From the NCBI GenBank assembly GCA_964519075.1, contig CAZFJJ010000001.1:1-41408 (forward strand): a stretch of 41,408 nt of DNA, read 5' to 3'. Below the pieces are notes generated by a model. That model did no database searches. It saw only the letters and a list, made by a program, of their open reading frames with translations, and was not told the origin of the DNA. The stretch's first letter is position 1. Each line of letters begins with the position of its first letter. Shown here one piece after another: positions 32,259 to 41,200 of the stretch. The position numbers were made by a program, and so were the translations under genes. The stretch comes from an uncultured Lachnospiraceae bacterium. GTDB taxonomy: Bacteria > Bacillota > Clostridia > Oscillospirales > CAG-272.

Positions 32259-34043
32259 TCAGTCTGCCTCGGGATGCACCAACAAAGCGGCGATGCCCTC
32301 GACCTCCCAAGCTACGGTATAGCCCCGTTGCAGGAAGGTGGTGTAGAAGCGCTGACTCTCTTCGTAGTTCATCATCAGAAGGATCTGTTCGGCGTCGCTG
32401 TCGTTTTGCACCTCGTACAGTTCCTTGCAATCATACAGGTGGGGTACGAAGAAGGTGGTAGCGGCAACCGAACGGTCGCGGTCGACCTGCTCTACCGCTT
32501 CGTTGTAGACCCGGATCGTCTCAGCGTTCGTCTCGTACGCTTCCGTGACCGTCAGATAGGAGGAGCACAGGGAAGCATAGGAGAGGATGGACGCCACCGC
32601 CATACAGATCACCAGATACTGCTTCCAGCGTTCTGCAAGATCGCGGAGATTGAGTAGCGCAAGATAGAACAGAATGGCGATAATGCCGAAATTGTACTGG
32701 AAATAGATGGAGTGCTGATAAACGTAATCGGACAGCAGGGTGATCAGCACTACGGGACCCAACAGGATGATACGGTCAGCCCGCTTGATCAGCAGCGCCG
32801 CACCTGCCATGGGAACCAACATCTGCAGCAGGAATTCTACCTTCTCTGCGTTGAAGCTGCCTGCCATGGCGTACGCGGGGTTTTTGAAGACGTTGACCAC
32901 CACGGCCACCAATGAGTCTTCGCCGGACTGCATCAGATTCTGATAGCGCCAGTTCATCGCGCCCTCGCCGTACCTAGCAAGTATGGCCACTGCGAAGAAG
33001 AAGTAAGCCAGCGCCAGAGCGAACAGCGCAGTACCGAACAGCTTCTTGCGCCCCGAGAAGATCAGATAAAGCGCGATAAAGGCGATGTACACCGCCGCGT
33101 CCTCCTTGACCAGGCAAACCGAGAGGGCAACGACTACCATCCCGACATTGCTGCCCCGTTCCAGAAAATAGAAAAACCAGAGCAGGAGAGGCGTTAGAAA
33201 GCAGTTTTCGTGGATGTCGTAGAAGGTGCCGCCGTGCAGGGCGGGGAAGAAGGCGAGGCAAGCGGCAACAGCCACCGTCTGCCAGCGGGTGAAGTTCATC
33301 CGCCGTGCGATCAGAGCCAGCGGGATTACCGAGGAGCCCACCACCAGCGCCTGGGAGATGGCCAGCGTAATGGGGCTGGGGAAGATGCAGTAGAGCGGTA
33401 GCAGAACGTAGTAGATGGGCGACAGATGCACCGCAAAATGGGAGAGCTGAGTATACCGCTCACAGGTAGTTGTGGGCAGGAAGGTCGTCCGCATAGATTC
33501 AAACATCTGGGCGAAGATGCCGAAGTCAAAGCAGGGGGAGTAGTAAGCAAGATAGCGGTAGACGCCGATGATGGCCAAAAGCAGGATCGATGCCAGCGAA
33601 AGCAGAGCTACCAGCAGGGCAAAAACCGGCTTTTCATAGGGCATCCGCATCCGCATCAGGCTGTTACTTTCGGCAAAAAGTGCCTTGGTATCCCGCAGGA
33701 CGAAATAGGTCAGCAGTGCCATCAGGAAGAGCAGACCGGTCAGCATCCAGACATTGGAATGGTTGGCGCACAGCATAGGAAAGGCGTAGCAGAACCAGGC
33801 GCCGTAGGTCACCAGAGGCCAAAGCGCCTTGGGCGGCAGAAGAGCCAGCAGGGTCGCCCCTGCGAAGATCAAGATCCACACGGTCAGAGAGAGGGAGGTC
33901 ATGGTGCCCAGCCCGCCGTTGGCCAGCCAGACCGTCTCGCGGGTCAGAAATCCCGCCAGCGATGCAACGGCAAAGCCGGTGAAGATGGGATAAAAGGTAT
34001 ATCGCGTATAGAAATAGCCGAACGCGGCACGCAGGTGTTTCAT
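32259..34043 (-). CDS. Polytopic membrane protein, DUF2079-like (GT-C-like fold suspected).
   Basis: 594 aa with at least 12 TM helices. The block CFDFGIFAQMFESM...HFAVHLSPIYYVLLPLY..FPSPITL fits my memory of DUF2079. Confidence 0.65.
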   Translation of the reverse strand: MKHLRAAFGYFYTRYTFYPIFTGFAVASLAGFLTRETVWLANGGLGTMTSLSLTVWILIFAGATLLALLPPKALWPLVTYGAWFCYAFPMLCANHSNVWMLTGLLFLMALLTYFVLRDTKALFAESNSLMRMRMPYEKPVFALLVALLSLASILLLAIIGVYRYLAYYSPCFDFGIFAQMFESMRTTFLPTTTCERYTQLSHFAVHLSPIYYVLLPLYCIFPSPITLAISQALVVGSSVIPLALIARRMNFTRWQTVAVAACLAFFPALHGGTFYDIHENCFLTPLLLWFFYFLERGSNVGMVVVALSVCLVKEDAAVYIAFIALYLIFSGRKKLFGTALFALALAYFFFAVAILARYGEGAMNWRYQNLMQSGEDSLVAVVVNVFKNPAYAMAGSFNAEKVEFLLQMLVPMAGAALLIKRADRIILLGPVVLITLLSDYVYQHSIYFQYNFGIIAILFYLALLNLRDLAERWKQYLVICMAVASILSYASLCSSYLTVTEAYETNAETIRVYNEAVEQVDRDRSVAATTFFVPHLYDCKELYEVQNDSDAEQILLMMNYEESQRFYTTFLQRGYTVAWEVEGIAALLVHPEAD

Positions 34044-34186
34044 AGAATAACCTTTCGGAGCTTTTTTACATTTGATGTAAGTATAGCACAATTTCCGCAG
34101 AATGTCAATCATTTTGAAATCAATGATGGAAATTTCAAGAAGTTTTTTCAAAAATACGGATTTCCTGATAAATTTCGGTACACTCC

Positions 34187-34215
34187 TTGACAAATAGGCG
34201 AAAAATTGCTACAAT
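34187..34215 (+). promoter_or_regulatory. Promoter of the alpha/beta-hydrolase gene.
   Basis: TTGACA-17 nt-TACAAT. Confidence 0.55.
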
Positions 34216-34248
34216 AAGAGGAACGACTGTAAAAAGGGGTGAGCGACC

Positions 34249-35211
34249 GTGATCCTGCGGGACGTGTCCTTCCCGTTTCGGGAAGAGAACTATCACAAGG
34301 AACTGACGGCGGCGGAAGCTGCGCTTGCTCCCTGCTGCAGAGACGGATGTCTTACCGGACGCGACCGTCAGCTGCTCCGTTATCGCGTCTATCTGCAAGA
34401 GACGCCCCGCGCGGCGATGGTCATCTGCCACGACGGATGCGAGTCGCTCCATCGATATGCGGAATGGGCGGCGTTTTATCATTCCATGGGCTATCAGGTC
34501 TACCTCTTCGATTTCCGCGGTCACGGAGGATCTTCCAGACAGATCGACAACCGCTCGGTAACTCACGCGGACGATTTCGACGCATACGCCCGTGACCTTG
34601 CCGATCTGACCTCCCGTATCGACCGCCGTCTCCCCCTTTGTCTCACCGCTTTCGGCATGGGCGGTGCCGCCGCGTTGTTGTATATGCAGAAAAACCCTGA
34701 CCGCGTTACCTCTGCCTGCCTGATTGCACCCCTGCTGGGTCTGGAGCTTCCCGAGCCTTCGGGACTATACCGCTGGCGGCTGAAGCGAAGCGTCAAGCGT
34801 GGGCTATCCCGCGAGCTGTTGCCGGGCAGCAGCTGCTACCAGCCAAACGAGACCTTTTCCGGTAGCGGATGGCGAAGCTTTGCGCGATTCTCCTGGTATC
34901 GACGGCTTCGCGCCGCCGATTCACGCTTGCAGAACAACGCGTATACCATGGGCTGGCTGGCAGCCGCGCTGGATGCGTCTGATCGGATCTTCAGCTCCAA
35001 AACGGGGCGGATCTCCACCCGCGTCCTGCTGATACAAGCGGGACAGGATCAGGTAGTACCCTACGCGCTGTACGGTAAACTGCTGAATCTGCTTCCCGAA
35101 AGCAAGCAGGTTACGCTGTCCGAAGCGGATCACAGGATTCAGAACGGCGACGATAAGACAGTCGGTGATCTGATGTCTCTTTTGCGAACCTATTTCGGAA
35201 AACTTCAATAA
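34249..35211 (+). CDS. Alpha/beta-hydrolase fold protein (lysophospholipase/monoglyceride-lipase-like) with Gly in place of the nucleophile Ser.
   Basis: GTG start. CHDGCES...YLFDFRGHGGS. The nucleophile elbow reads AFGMGG where GHSMGG is expected. Asp (QAGQDQVVP) and His (EADHRI) are retained. Confidence 0.75.
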   Translation: MILRDVSFPFREENYHKELTAAEAALAPCCRDGCLTGRDRQLLRYRVYLQETPRAAMVICHDGCESLHRYAEWAAFYHSMGYQVYLFDFRGHGGSSRQIDNRSVTHADDFDAYARDLADLTSRIDRRLPLCLTAFGMGGAAALLYMQKNPDRVTSACLIAPLLGLELPEPSGLYRWRLKRSVKRGLSRELLPGSSCYQPNETFSGSGWRSFARFSWYRRLRAADSRLQNNAYTMGWLAAALDASDRIFSSKTGRISTRVLLIQAGQDQVVPYALYGKLLNLLPESKQVTLSEADHRIQNGDDKTVGDLMSLLRTYFGKLQ

Positions 35212-35258
35212 AAACGTCCTTTTCGGACGGTAAGAACAAGAAAGCGAACGAAAGTCCA

Positions 35259-36488
35259 ATGAATTACTGTTTTTTTGATATCGAATGCGCCAACTGCTAC
35301 GGCGGCAAGGGCAAGATCTGCAGCTTCGGCTACGTCCTGACCGACGAGCACTTCAACGTGCTGGAGAAGAAGGATATCGTCATCAATCCCCGCTCCTCCT
35401 TCAATCTGGGTCCCGATCTGAAGCTGGCGTACACCAAGGCCGAGTTCCGTCAGGCGGCACCGTTCCCCGATTACTACGACGAGATCGGCGCACTGCTGGA
35501 ATATCCCGAGTACGTCATCCTCGGCTACTCCATCGAAAACGATTGTAACTTCCTCCGCTCCGACTGTAAGCGGTATAATCTTCCTTGCTTCGATTTCCCC
35601 TTCTACGACGTACAGTGCATGGTGATGCAGATGTTCGACCTGCAGAATATGCCCTCGCTACAGAAGGCGCTGGAGTTTTTCGGGATGCACGAGGATCAGG
35701 AGATCCACAAGAGCGACGACGACGCTTATATGACCATGCTGGCCATGAAGGGCGCCTGCCGTCACTTGGGCATCACCGCCGCCGAGCTTTTGGAGCGCTA
35801 TCCCATCGCACAGGGCACCTTGAAGGATTACGAGATCCACTCCAACTATAAAGATGAAAGAGAGCGCCAGCGCGCTCTGCGTGATGCCGAGCGGCAGAAG
35901 GCGATCTCTGAGGCCAACCGAAACCGCATCCGCTACAACTCCCCCAACTTCTACGCCTTCCAGCGCCATTTACGCCGCCTAGGCAGTCAGATCGGCGAGG
36001 GCTTGCTCAGCGGTGAACGGGTGACTCTCAGCTCGGGCTACGAAAAGAACAACTACCGCCAGATGCTGAAGATCACCGAGCTGATTACCGAGGCAGGCGG
36101 ACATTACGTCCAGAAGGCAAGCCAATGCACGCTCTTCGTTGCCTGCGAGGAAATCGACGGCGCGGGCAATCTGATGCCGGACAAGCGTCGCAACGTGGTG
36201 GAAAACGCCATCGAGGAGGGAAGTGAGGCGCGGATCATCCTGCTCCCCGACCTGCTTGCAATGCTTGGCATCACAGAGGAGGAGCTGAACGCCGTTCCTC
36301 TTCCCGAAGAGGCGTCCGGATCGGCGGATGCACCCGCATCCAAGCGCGGCCGCCGCAGATCCGCCCACAAGGACGGCGCCCCCGTTGCAGACGAAGCGGT
36401 CGCCACCGACGAACTGACCGTCTCCGTAATCTTCGAAGGCGCGGACGAGCCCGAGGAGGCTGAAGCACCTCTGGAAGTGCTTGCGTGA
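35259..36488 (+). CDS. DEDDh (DnaQ-like) 3'-5' exonuclease fused to a BRCT-like domain and an acidic tail.
   Basis: Exo I FFDIE, Exo II GYSIENDCNFL, Exo III HKSDDDAYM. The BRCT-like segment is GERVTLSSGYEKNNYRQMLKITELITEAGGHYVQKASQCTLFV. Confidence 0.75.
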   Translation: MNYCFFDIECANCYGGKGKICSFGYVLTDEHFNVLEKKDIVINPRSSFNLGPDLKLAYTKAEFRQAAPFPDYYDEIGALLEYPEYVILGYSIENDCNFLRSDCKRYNLPCFDFPFYDVQCMVMQMFDLQNMPSLQKALEFFGMHEDQEIHKSDDDAYMTMLAMKGACRHLGITAAELLERYPIAQGTLKDYEIHSNYKDERERQRALRDAERQKAISEANRNRIRYNSPNFYAFQRHLRRLGSQIGEGLLSGERVTLSSGYEKNNYRQMLKITELITEAGGHYVQKASQCTLFVACEEIDGAGNLMPDKRRNVVENAIEEGSEARIILLPDLLAMLGITEEELNAVPLPEEASGSADAPASKRGRRRSAHKDGAPVADEAVATDELTVSVIFEGADEPEEAEAPLEVLA

Positions 36489-36498
36489 GGTGCATTCG

Positions 36499-36927
36499 AT
36501 GATTCCCGCATACCTCCATAAGGTACAGTATTACGAGACCGACTGTATGCAGATCGTGCATCACTCCAACTACGTCCGCTATTTCGAAGAAGCCCGCATC
36601 GACTTTTTGGAAAAGCTTGGAGTATCATACGTAGAGATCGAGCGGTCGGGCTACGTGGTTCCTGTACTGTCCGCTTCCGCTGAGTATAAAGGCATGGCTA
36701 CCTTTGGTGACACTCTTGCTATCTGTGTGAAATTTGAAGAGTTCACCGGCGTTCGCTTCTCCTTCAGTTATAAGGTCTACGACGTTGCCACCGGTGCCCT
36801 CCGCACCATCGGCAAGACCTCCCATTGCTATCTTAAAGACGGAAAGCCCGTCAACCTCAAGCGTGCGCTACCCAAGACCTACGAGACCATGCTGGGACAG
36901 ATCGGTCTGGAATCCGAGTTTGGCTGA
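36499..36927 (+). CDS. Acyl-CoA thioesterase, 4HBT/YbgC hotdog family.
   Basis: HKVQYYETDCMQIVHHSNYVRYFEEAR is the typical 4HBT N-terminal catalytic Asp region. GAGG RBS. Confidence 0.85.
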   Translation: MIPAYLHKVQYYETDCMQIVHHSNYVRYFEEARIDFLEKLGVSYVEIERSGYVVPVLSASAEYKGMATFGDTLAICVKFEEFTGVRFSFSYKVYDVATGALRTIGKTSHCYLKDGKPVNLKRALPKTYETMLGQIGLESEFG

Positions 36928-36939
36928 GGGGTGCAGTAG

Positions 36940-36975
36940 AAACATCCGCTCCCGTAAATCGGGAGCGGATGTTTT
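36940..36975. terminator. Bidirectional terminator.
   Basis: AAACATCCGCTCCCG-taaat-CGGGAGCGGATGTTT. Confidence 0.85.
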
Positions 36976-36991
36976 ACAGTAATGAAATTGA

Positions 36992-37945
36992 TTATCCCAC
37001 GATATCCGAACCGATGGCCTGAATTTCCATCCATGCAGCCCAATCGGAGCCGGCGACCTTGTTAAAGCCGGTGAAGGTGATGGAGGAGGTGGTCACTGCG
37101 GATTCCAGGGTAAAGGACTGGGCGTCGGCGGTCTTGGTGAAGCTCAGCACCTGAGTTGTGCCGTCGGAGAACTTGACGGTGCAGCTATCCCAGTAGGTAT
37201 CGTGAGGGAAGTCTGCGCGCAGGTAGATCACGATCTCGGTGAGGGAAACGTCTCGTCCGAAGTCGATCTTGAAGGTGTCGGAGGCGTCGCAATCAGATCC
37301 TGGGCCCCAAGATTGTACGGGCCAGGTGCCGTGACCGGTGTTCTGAGTGAAGCCGTCGATGGCGTTTCTTGCCTCGAACTGGAGACGGTTCGACTCGTTG
37401 CTCTTGTCGTGTACGTTGGAGGTGGTAGCGTGAGGATATGCGTTTTTGTTGGACTCAAGGTCTGCAGGGTTGCAGGCAAGGTTGCGGGATGAGGTCAGCT
37501 CCTCGGTAGTGGGGATTCGGGCGGTGATGGTGGATTTTCTCTCACTGCTCATTTTAGGAGGATAGCTCATCGAGATGTTCTGCACGGTGTAGGTGAAGGT
37601 GGACTTAGGCAGATACAGGATAGTTTCTTCAACGTTGCCTTCGCTCAGGCAGAACGCCACGTAATGCTGACCCTCGGGCAGAGTGATCTTGATTCGGTCG
37701 CCGACTTGGTAAGCATCCTTGATCGAAAGCTCAACCGAATTGTCACCGGTAACCTCGGTAATATCTCCGGACTTGGGAGAGTAGATCAACGTGATTTCGG
37801 TGGATGCGGGGGGGGCGTTTTCGGGTGCATCGGTAGTAGAAGCTTCGTCAGCGGTGGTGGTCACGCTGTCGGCAGATTGACCTGCGCAGGAGAAGAGCAT
37901 CAGTCCGGACAGTAGCAGAGCGACGATTCTTAACGTAGTTTTCAT
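36992..37945 (-). CDS. Lipoprotein with a C-terminal discoidin / F5-8 type C (CBM32-like) carbohydrate-binding domain.
   Basis: Signal peptide plus lipobox LFSC. The C-terminus reads ARNAIDGFT...WPVQSWGPG...TFKIDFGRDVSLTEIVIYLR. Confidence 0.75.
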   Translation of the reverse strand: MKTTLRIVALLLSGLMLFSCAGQSADSVTTTADEASTTDAPENAPPASTEITLIYSPKSGDITEVTGDNSVELSIKDAYQVGDRIKITLPEGQHYVAFCLSEGNVEETILYLPKSTFTYTVQNISMSYPPKMSSERKSTITARIPTTEELTSSRNLACNPADLESNKNAYPHATTSNVHDKSNESNRLQFEARNAIDGFTQNTGHGTWPVQSWGPGSDCDASDTFKIDFGRDVSLTEIVIYLRADFPHDTYWDSCTVKFSDGTTQVLSFTKTADAQSFTLESAVTTSSITFTGFNKVAGSDWAAWMEIQAIGSDIVG

Positions 37946-38033
37946 ATAAACCTCCGTGTTTATCTCATAGTGGCTTTATTTTAGCACATCGTGCAATTAA
38001 TGTCAAGATTATTCCGAAAAAATGTTGAAAGTA

Positions 38034-38061
38034 TTTGACAAATCGAAAAAAATAGGTATAA
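38034..38061 (+). promoter_or_regulatory. Promoter of nahK.
   Basis: TTGACA-16 nt-TATAAT. Confidence 0.55.
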
Positions 38062-38103
38062 TGGAAGTAATAGAAAGACTTTCGATGAAAGGACATCCAA
38101 CAG

Positions 38104-39183
38104 ATGAACGACAAACGTGAAATACTGAAACGGTTCGGTATTGATTCCCGTCCTATTCCGTTTGGAAACGGACATATTAACGATACCTTTATAACCGAAG
38201 ATCGTAGCTACGTCCTTCAGCGGATCAACACCTCGGTGTTCAATGATCCTAAGGGGCTGACCAACAATGTGGTGCTGATCACCGGCTATCTGAAAAATTG
38301 GCTGACCGCTCACGGCGGCGATCCCGAGCGGGAAACGCTGACCCCCATTCCCGCAAAGAACGGCGCGTGGTTTATCCGCACCGACGACGGAGAATGCTAC
38401 CGAGTTTATAAGACGATCACCGGTGCGGTCTCTCACGACAGTGCAACCCCGCAGCTCTTTTATCAGGCGGCCAAGGGCTTCGGCAGGTTTCAGAAGATGC
38501 TCTCCGGCTTTCCCGCGGACCGTCTGAAGGAAACCATTCCCAACTTCCATAATACCCGCTCCCGCTTTGAAGCGCTGCGTGCAGCAGTCGATGCCGATCA
38601 GTTTTCACGGGTCGCACTTGCCCGTGAAGAGATCGATTTCTGCTACGCGCGGGAAGCAGACACCGACGTGATCGTTTCCGCTATTGCGGAAGGGAAGATC
38701 CCTCTGCGGGTCACCCACAACGATACCAAGCTCAACAACGTTATGATGGACGAGAATACCGGCACTGCGGTCTGCGTGATCGATCTCGATACCGTGATGC
38801 CCGGCTCGCTCCTTTACGACTACGGCGATGCGCTCCGTTTCGGCGCTTCAACCGCCGCAGAGGACGAACGTGATCTCTCGCTGGTACACTTCGATCTGAC
38901 CCTGTTCGAGACCTTTACCAAGGGCTTTCTCGAAGAGGTCGGCGACAGTCTGACCGCGTCGGAGGCGGCTCTGCTGCCGTTCTCGGTGAAGCTGATCACC
39001 ATGGAATGCGGTATGCGCTTCCTGACCGATTATCTGTTGGGGGACACCTATTTCAAGACCTCCCGTCCCGGACAGAATCTGGATCGTTGCCGCACGCAAC
39101 TGAAGCTGGTAGCTGAGATCGAAGATAAGATCCCCGAGATGAAGTGCATCGTCGCTGATATACTGGAGGGACTTTGCAAATGA
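38104..39183 (+). CDS. nahK: N-acetylhexosamine 1-kinase (APH-fold kinase).
   Basis: 359 aa. It is colinear, by recollection, with Bifidobacterium longum NahK: GNGHINDTF, LQRINTSVF, IPLRVTHNDTKLNNVMMDE, VIDLDTVMPGS, GDALRFGAST and LLPFSVKLITMECGMRFLTDYL. Confidence 0.85.
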   Translation: MNDKREILKRFGIDSRPIPFGNGHINDTFITEDRSYVLQRINTSVFNDPKGLTNNVVLITGYLKNWLTAHGGDPERETLTPIPAKNGAWFIRTDDGECYRVYKTITGAVSHDSATPQLFYQAAKGFGRFQKMLSGFPADRLKETIPNFHNTRSRFEALRAAVDADQFSRVALAREEIDFCYAREADTDVIVSAIAEGKIPLRVTHNDTKLNNVMMDENTGTAVCVIDLDTVMPGSLLYDYGDALRFGASTAAEDERDLSLVHFDLTLFETFTKGFLEEVGDSLTASEAALLPFSVKLITMECGMRFLTDYLLGDTYFKTSRPGQNLDRCRTQLKLVAEIEDKIPEMKCIVADILEGLCK

Positions 39184-39410
39184 GCCTTTTTGCAGGTCTT
39201 CGCGCCCAAAAAGAGCTGGAAAAGCTCCTCCACGAGCTGCGCCAGTATCTGTCCAACAATTACAAGGAGCCTGCGCACCGTGCGCGAGAGCGGTTGACCG
39301 TCCGCACCGAGGAGCTGTACGCAGACGGATCGCTGTCCGAGAAAAATTATCGGTATTGGCGATCGGTATGCGAGGAATATGTACGCAAAATGGCAGATTA
39401 TCATCATTGA
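39180..39410 (+). CDS. Small helical hypothetical protein, 76 aa, translationally coupled to nahK.
   Basis: ATGA start/stop overlap with nahK. No family recognised. Confidence 0.5.
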   Translation: MSLFAGLRAQKELEKLLHELRQYLSNNYKEPAHRARERLTVRTEELYADGSLSEKNYRYWRSVCEEYVRKMADYHH

Positions 39411-39486
39411 GTTCGTTGGCGGACTTGACAGAACCGAAATTTTCTGTTATAATCTATATAAATATATAAATAATCAGGAGGAATCA

Positions 39487-40944
39487 ATGAAATCACTTCG
39501 GAAAATGACTTGTCTTGGTTTGATCGCTGTTCTGCTGCTGTCGTTGCTCACCGCTTGCGGCGGCGACTTTATCGATCCCGAGACTGCCGCGACGGAGCTA
39601 ACGATCGTTTCTGATCAGGCTACCGATTACGTTTTGGTCTATCCTTCAAATGCAACGGAGGCAGAAATGAAGGAATACCGCGAATTTAACTCGTTGCTCC
39701 GAGAAAAGCTGTTCGTTTTTATGGATCTGAAGTCTGACGCGGAGCCTGCTGCCGAGGGCGCGAAGGAGATCCTGTTGGGACTGACCAACCGTACGCAATC
39801 CCTGGAAGCCTACGGCAAGCTGGAGACCGAACAGGTGGGCTTTTACGTTATTGACGAGCAGGTCGTGATCATATCCAATTTCGACGGAGGCTTTATTCTG
39901 GCAGCCAAGGAGTTTCTGAACCGCTACGTATCGGAAGACCAAACCCTGAAGGTCATGTCCGATCTGTCGGTGCGCATTCAGGGAACCGTTGGTTATCTGT
40001 ATAAGGAAGTTTCCAACACTCGTGACATCGGCGGCGACGATCCCTACGTGATCGAGCACGATGGCTCCTACTATTATTGCTGGAGCGACGGCGGCGTAAT
40101 GGTTGCTAAGATCGACGGTCTGGACAATATCGTCAAGGACAATGGCGTTCGTGTGTTTGATCGTTCGAACGGCGGATTTGAGAACGTGTGGGCACCCGAG
40201 CTTCATTACATTGACGGCGAGTGGTATATCTACGTTGCAATGTGTGAAGGCACCGGCGACAACGCTGCGCACAGAATGTACTGTCTCAAGGGCACGTCGC
40301 AGGATCCGACGGATCCCTTTGAGCTGGTGGGCAAGGTGACCGACTCTACCGATAAATGGGCGATCGACGGCACCGTGTTCCAGTATAACGACGAGCTGTA
40401 CACCGTTTGGTCCGGTTGGCCGGGTGATACCGACGGTCAGCAGAATCTGTATATCGCACACATGAGCAATCCCTGGACTATCGACAGTGAGCGCGTACTG
40501 ATCTCCAGCCCGTCCAAGAGCTACGAGCGCTACGACACCAGCCCTTCGGTCAACGAGGGTCCCGCGGTTTTGATCAACGGCGATACGATCATCGTGGTCT
40601 ATTCCTGCAACGGAAGCTGGGGCGACAATTACAGCTTGACGGCCGTGTACTGTAAAGGCAATCTCCTGATGAAATCCAAAGGGTGGCAGAAGCTGGATGA
40701 GCCGCTTCTGACCAAAGGAGTAAAGACCTTCGGCCCCGGACATTGCTCCTTTACCACTGCCGAGGACGGTTCGCTTTGGGTGATCTACCACGCCAATATC
40801 GAGTCCGGCAGCGGCTGGAGCGGACGAAGCGTGCGCATTCAGCCGGTTGAATGGAAGGACGGTCTTCCTTACATCGGCACTACCAAGCTTAAGGTTCAGT
40901 TGCCGTATCTGTCGATCACGCTGGGCAACGTAGTCGAGGAGTGA
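39487..40944 (+). CDS. Lipoprotein with an N-terminal accessory module and a C-terminal GH43 five-bladed-propeller domain.
   Basis: Lipobox LTAC and an AGGAGG RBS. GH43 blocks DPYVIEHDGSYYY, VWAPELHYIDGEWYIY, IDGTVFQYNDELY and NEGPAVL. Confidence 0.85.
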   Translation: MKSLRKMTCLGLIAVLLLSLLTACGGDFIDPETAATELTIVSDQATDYVLVYPSNATEAEMKEYREFNSLLREKLFVFMDLKSDAEPAAEGAKEILLGLTNRTQSLEAYGKLETEQVGFYVIDEQVVIISNFDGGFILAAKEFLNRYVSEDQTLKVMSDLSVRIQGTVGYLYKEVSNTRDIGGDDPYVIEHDGSYYYCWSDGGVMVAKIDGLDNIVKDNGVRVFDRSNGGFENVWAPELHYIDGEWYIYVAMCEGTGDNAAHRMYCLKGTSQDPTDPFELVGKVTDSTDKWAIDGTVFQYNDELYTVWSGWPGDTDGQQNLYIAHMSNPWTIDSERVLISSPSKSYERYDTSPSVNEGPAVLINGDTIIVVYSCNGSWGDNYSLTAVYCKGNLLMKSKGWQKLDEPLLTKGVKTFGPGHCSFTTAEDGSLWVIYHANIESGSGWSGRSVRIQPVEWKDGLPYIGTTKLKVQLPYLSITLGNVVEE

Positions 40945-40955
40945 CCTTTGATCAA

Positions 40956-41002
40956 ACACAATATATTGTGCCGAAAGCTAAATTACATACAATATATTGT
41001 GT
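40956..41002. promoter_or_regulatory. NrdR box pair 1 (boxes at 40956-40971 and 40987-41002, 31 bp apart), followed by an extended -10 TGtTATAAT at 41004-41012.
   Basis: acaCAATATATTGtgc and atACAATATATTGTgt match the NrdR consensus acaCwAtATaTwGtgt. Confidence 0.7.
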
Positions 41003-41036
41003 CTGTTATAATCGAAAAAAGCTTTGTTTTATAACG

Positions 41037-41063
41037 AAATCCCCGCTTCGGCGGGGATTTTTG
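41037..41063 (+). terminator. Intrinsic terminator hairpin located between the two NrdR box pairs.
   Basis: AATCCCCGC-ttcg-GCGGGGATT followed by TTT. Confidence 0.75.
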
Positions 41064-41103
41064 CTGCAAAAATGGCAGATTTCATCGTTGTATACAAAAA
41101 TGA

Positions 41104-41158
41104 CCACAATATATTGTGGTTTTTGCCCATTGACAAACACAAGATGTTGTGGTATTAT
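41104..41158 (+). promoter_or_regulatory. NrdR box pair 2 (41104-41119 and 41137-41152) overlapping the nrd promoter TTGACA (41130-41135)-17 nt-TATTAT (41153-41158).
   Basis: ccACAATATATTGTgg is a perfect 16-bp palindrome. acaCAAGATGTTGtgg fills the promoter spacer exactly. Confidence 0.75.
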
Positions 41159-41175
41159 AACTCTGCACTAAATCT

Positions 41176-41200
41176 CCTCCCGCCATGGCGGGAGGTTTCT
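41176..41200 (+). other. GC-rich hairpin in the nrd 5' leader.
   Basis: CCTCCCGC-catg-GCGGGAGG followed by TTTCT. Confidence 0.4.

Noticed and set aside
31030-32430. Upstream in-frame extensions of the aminotransferase ORF (to 32430), the DUF2079-like ORF (to 34193), and the GH42, nadK and ABC ORFs.
   Set aside because: The extensions start at non-ATG or RBS-less codons and encode Arg-rich or otherwise unlikely sequence. In every case an internal ATG with an RBS gives the canonical family N-terminus.
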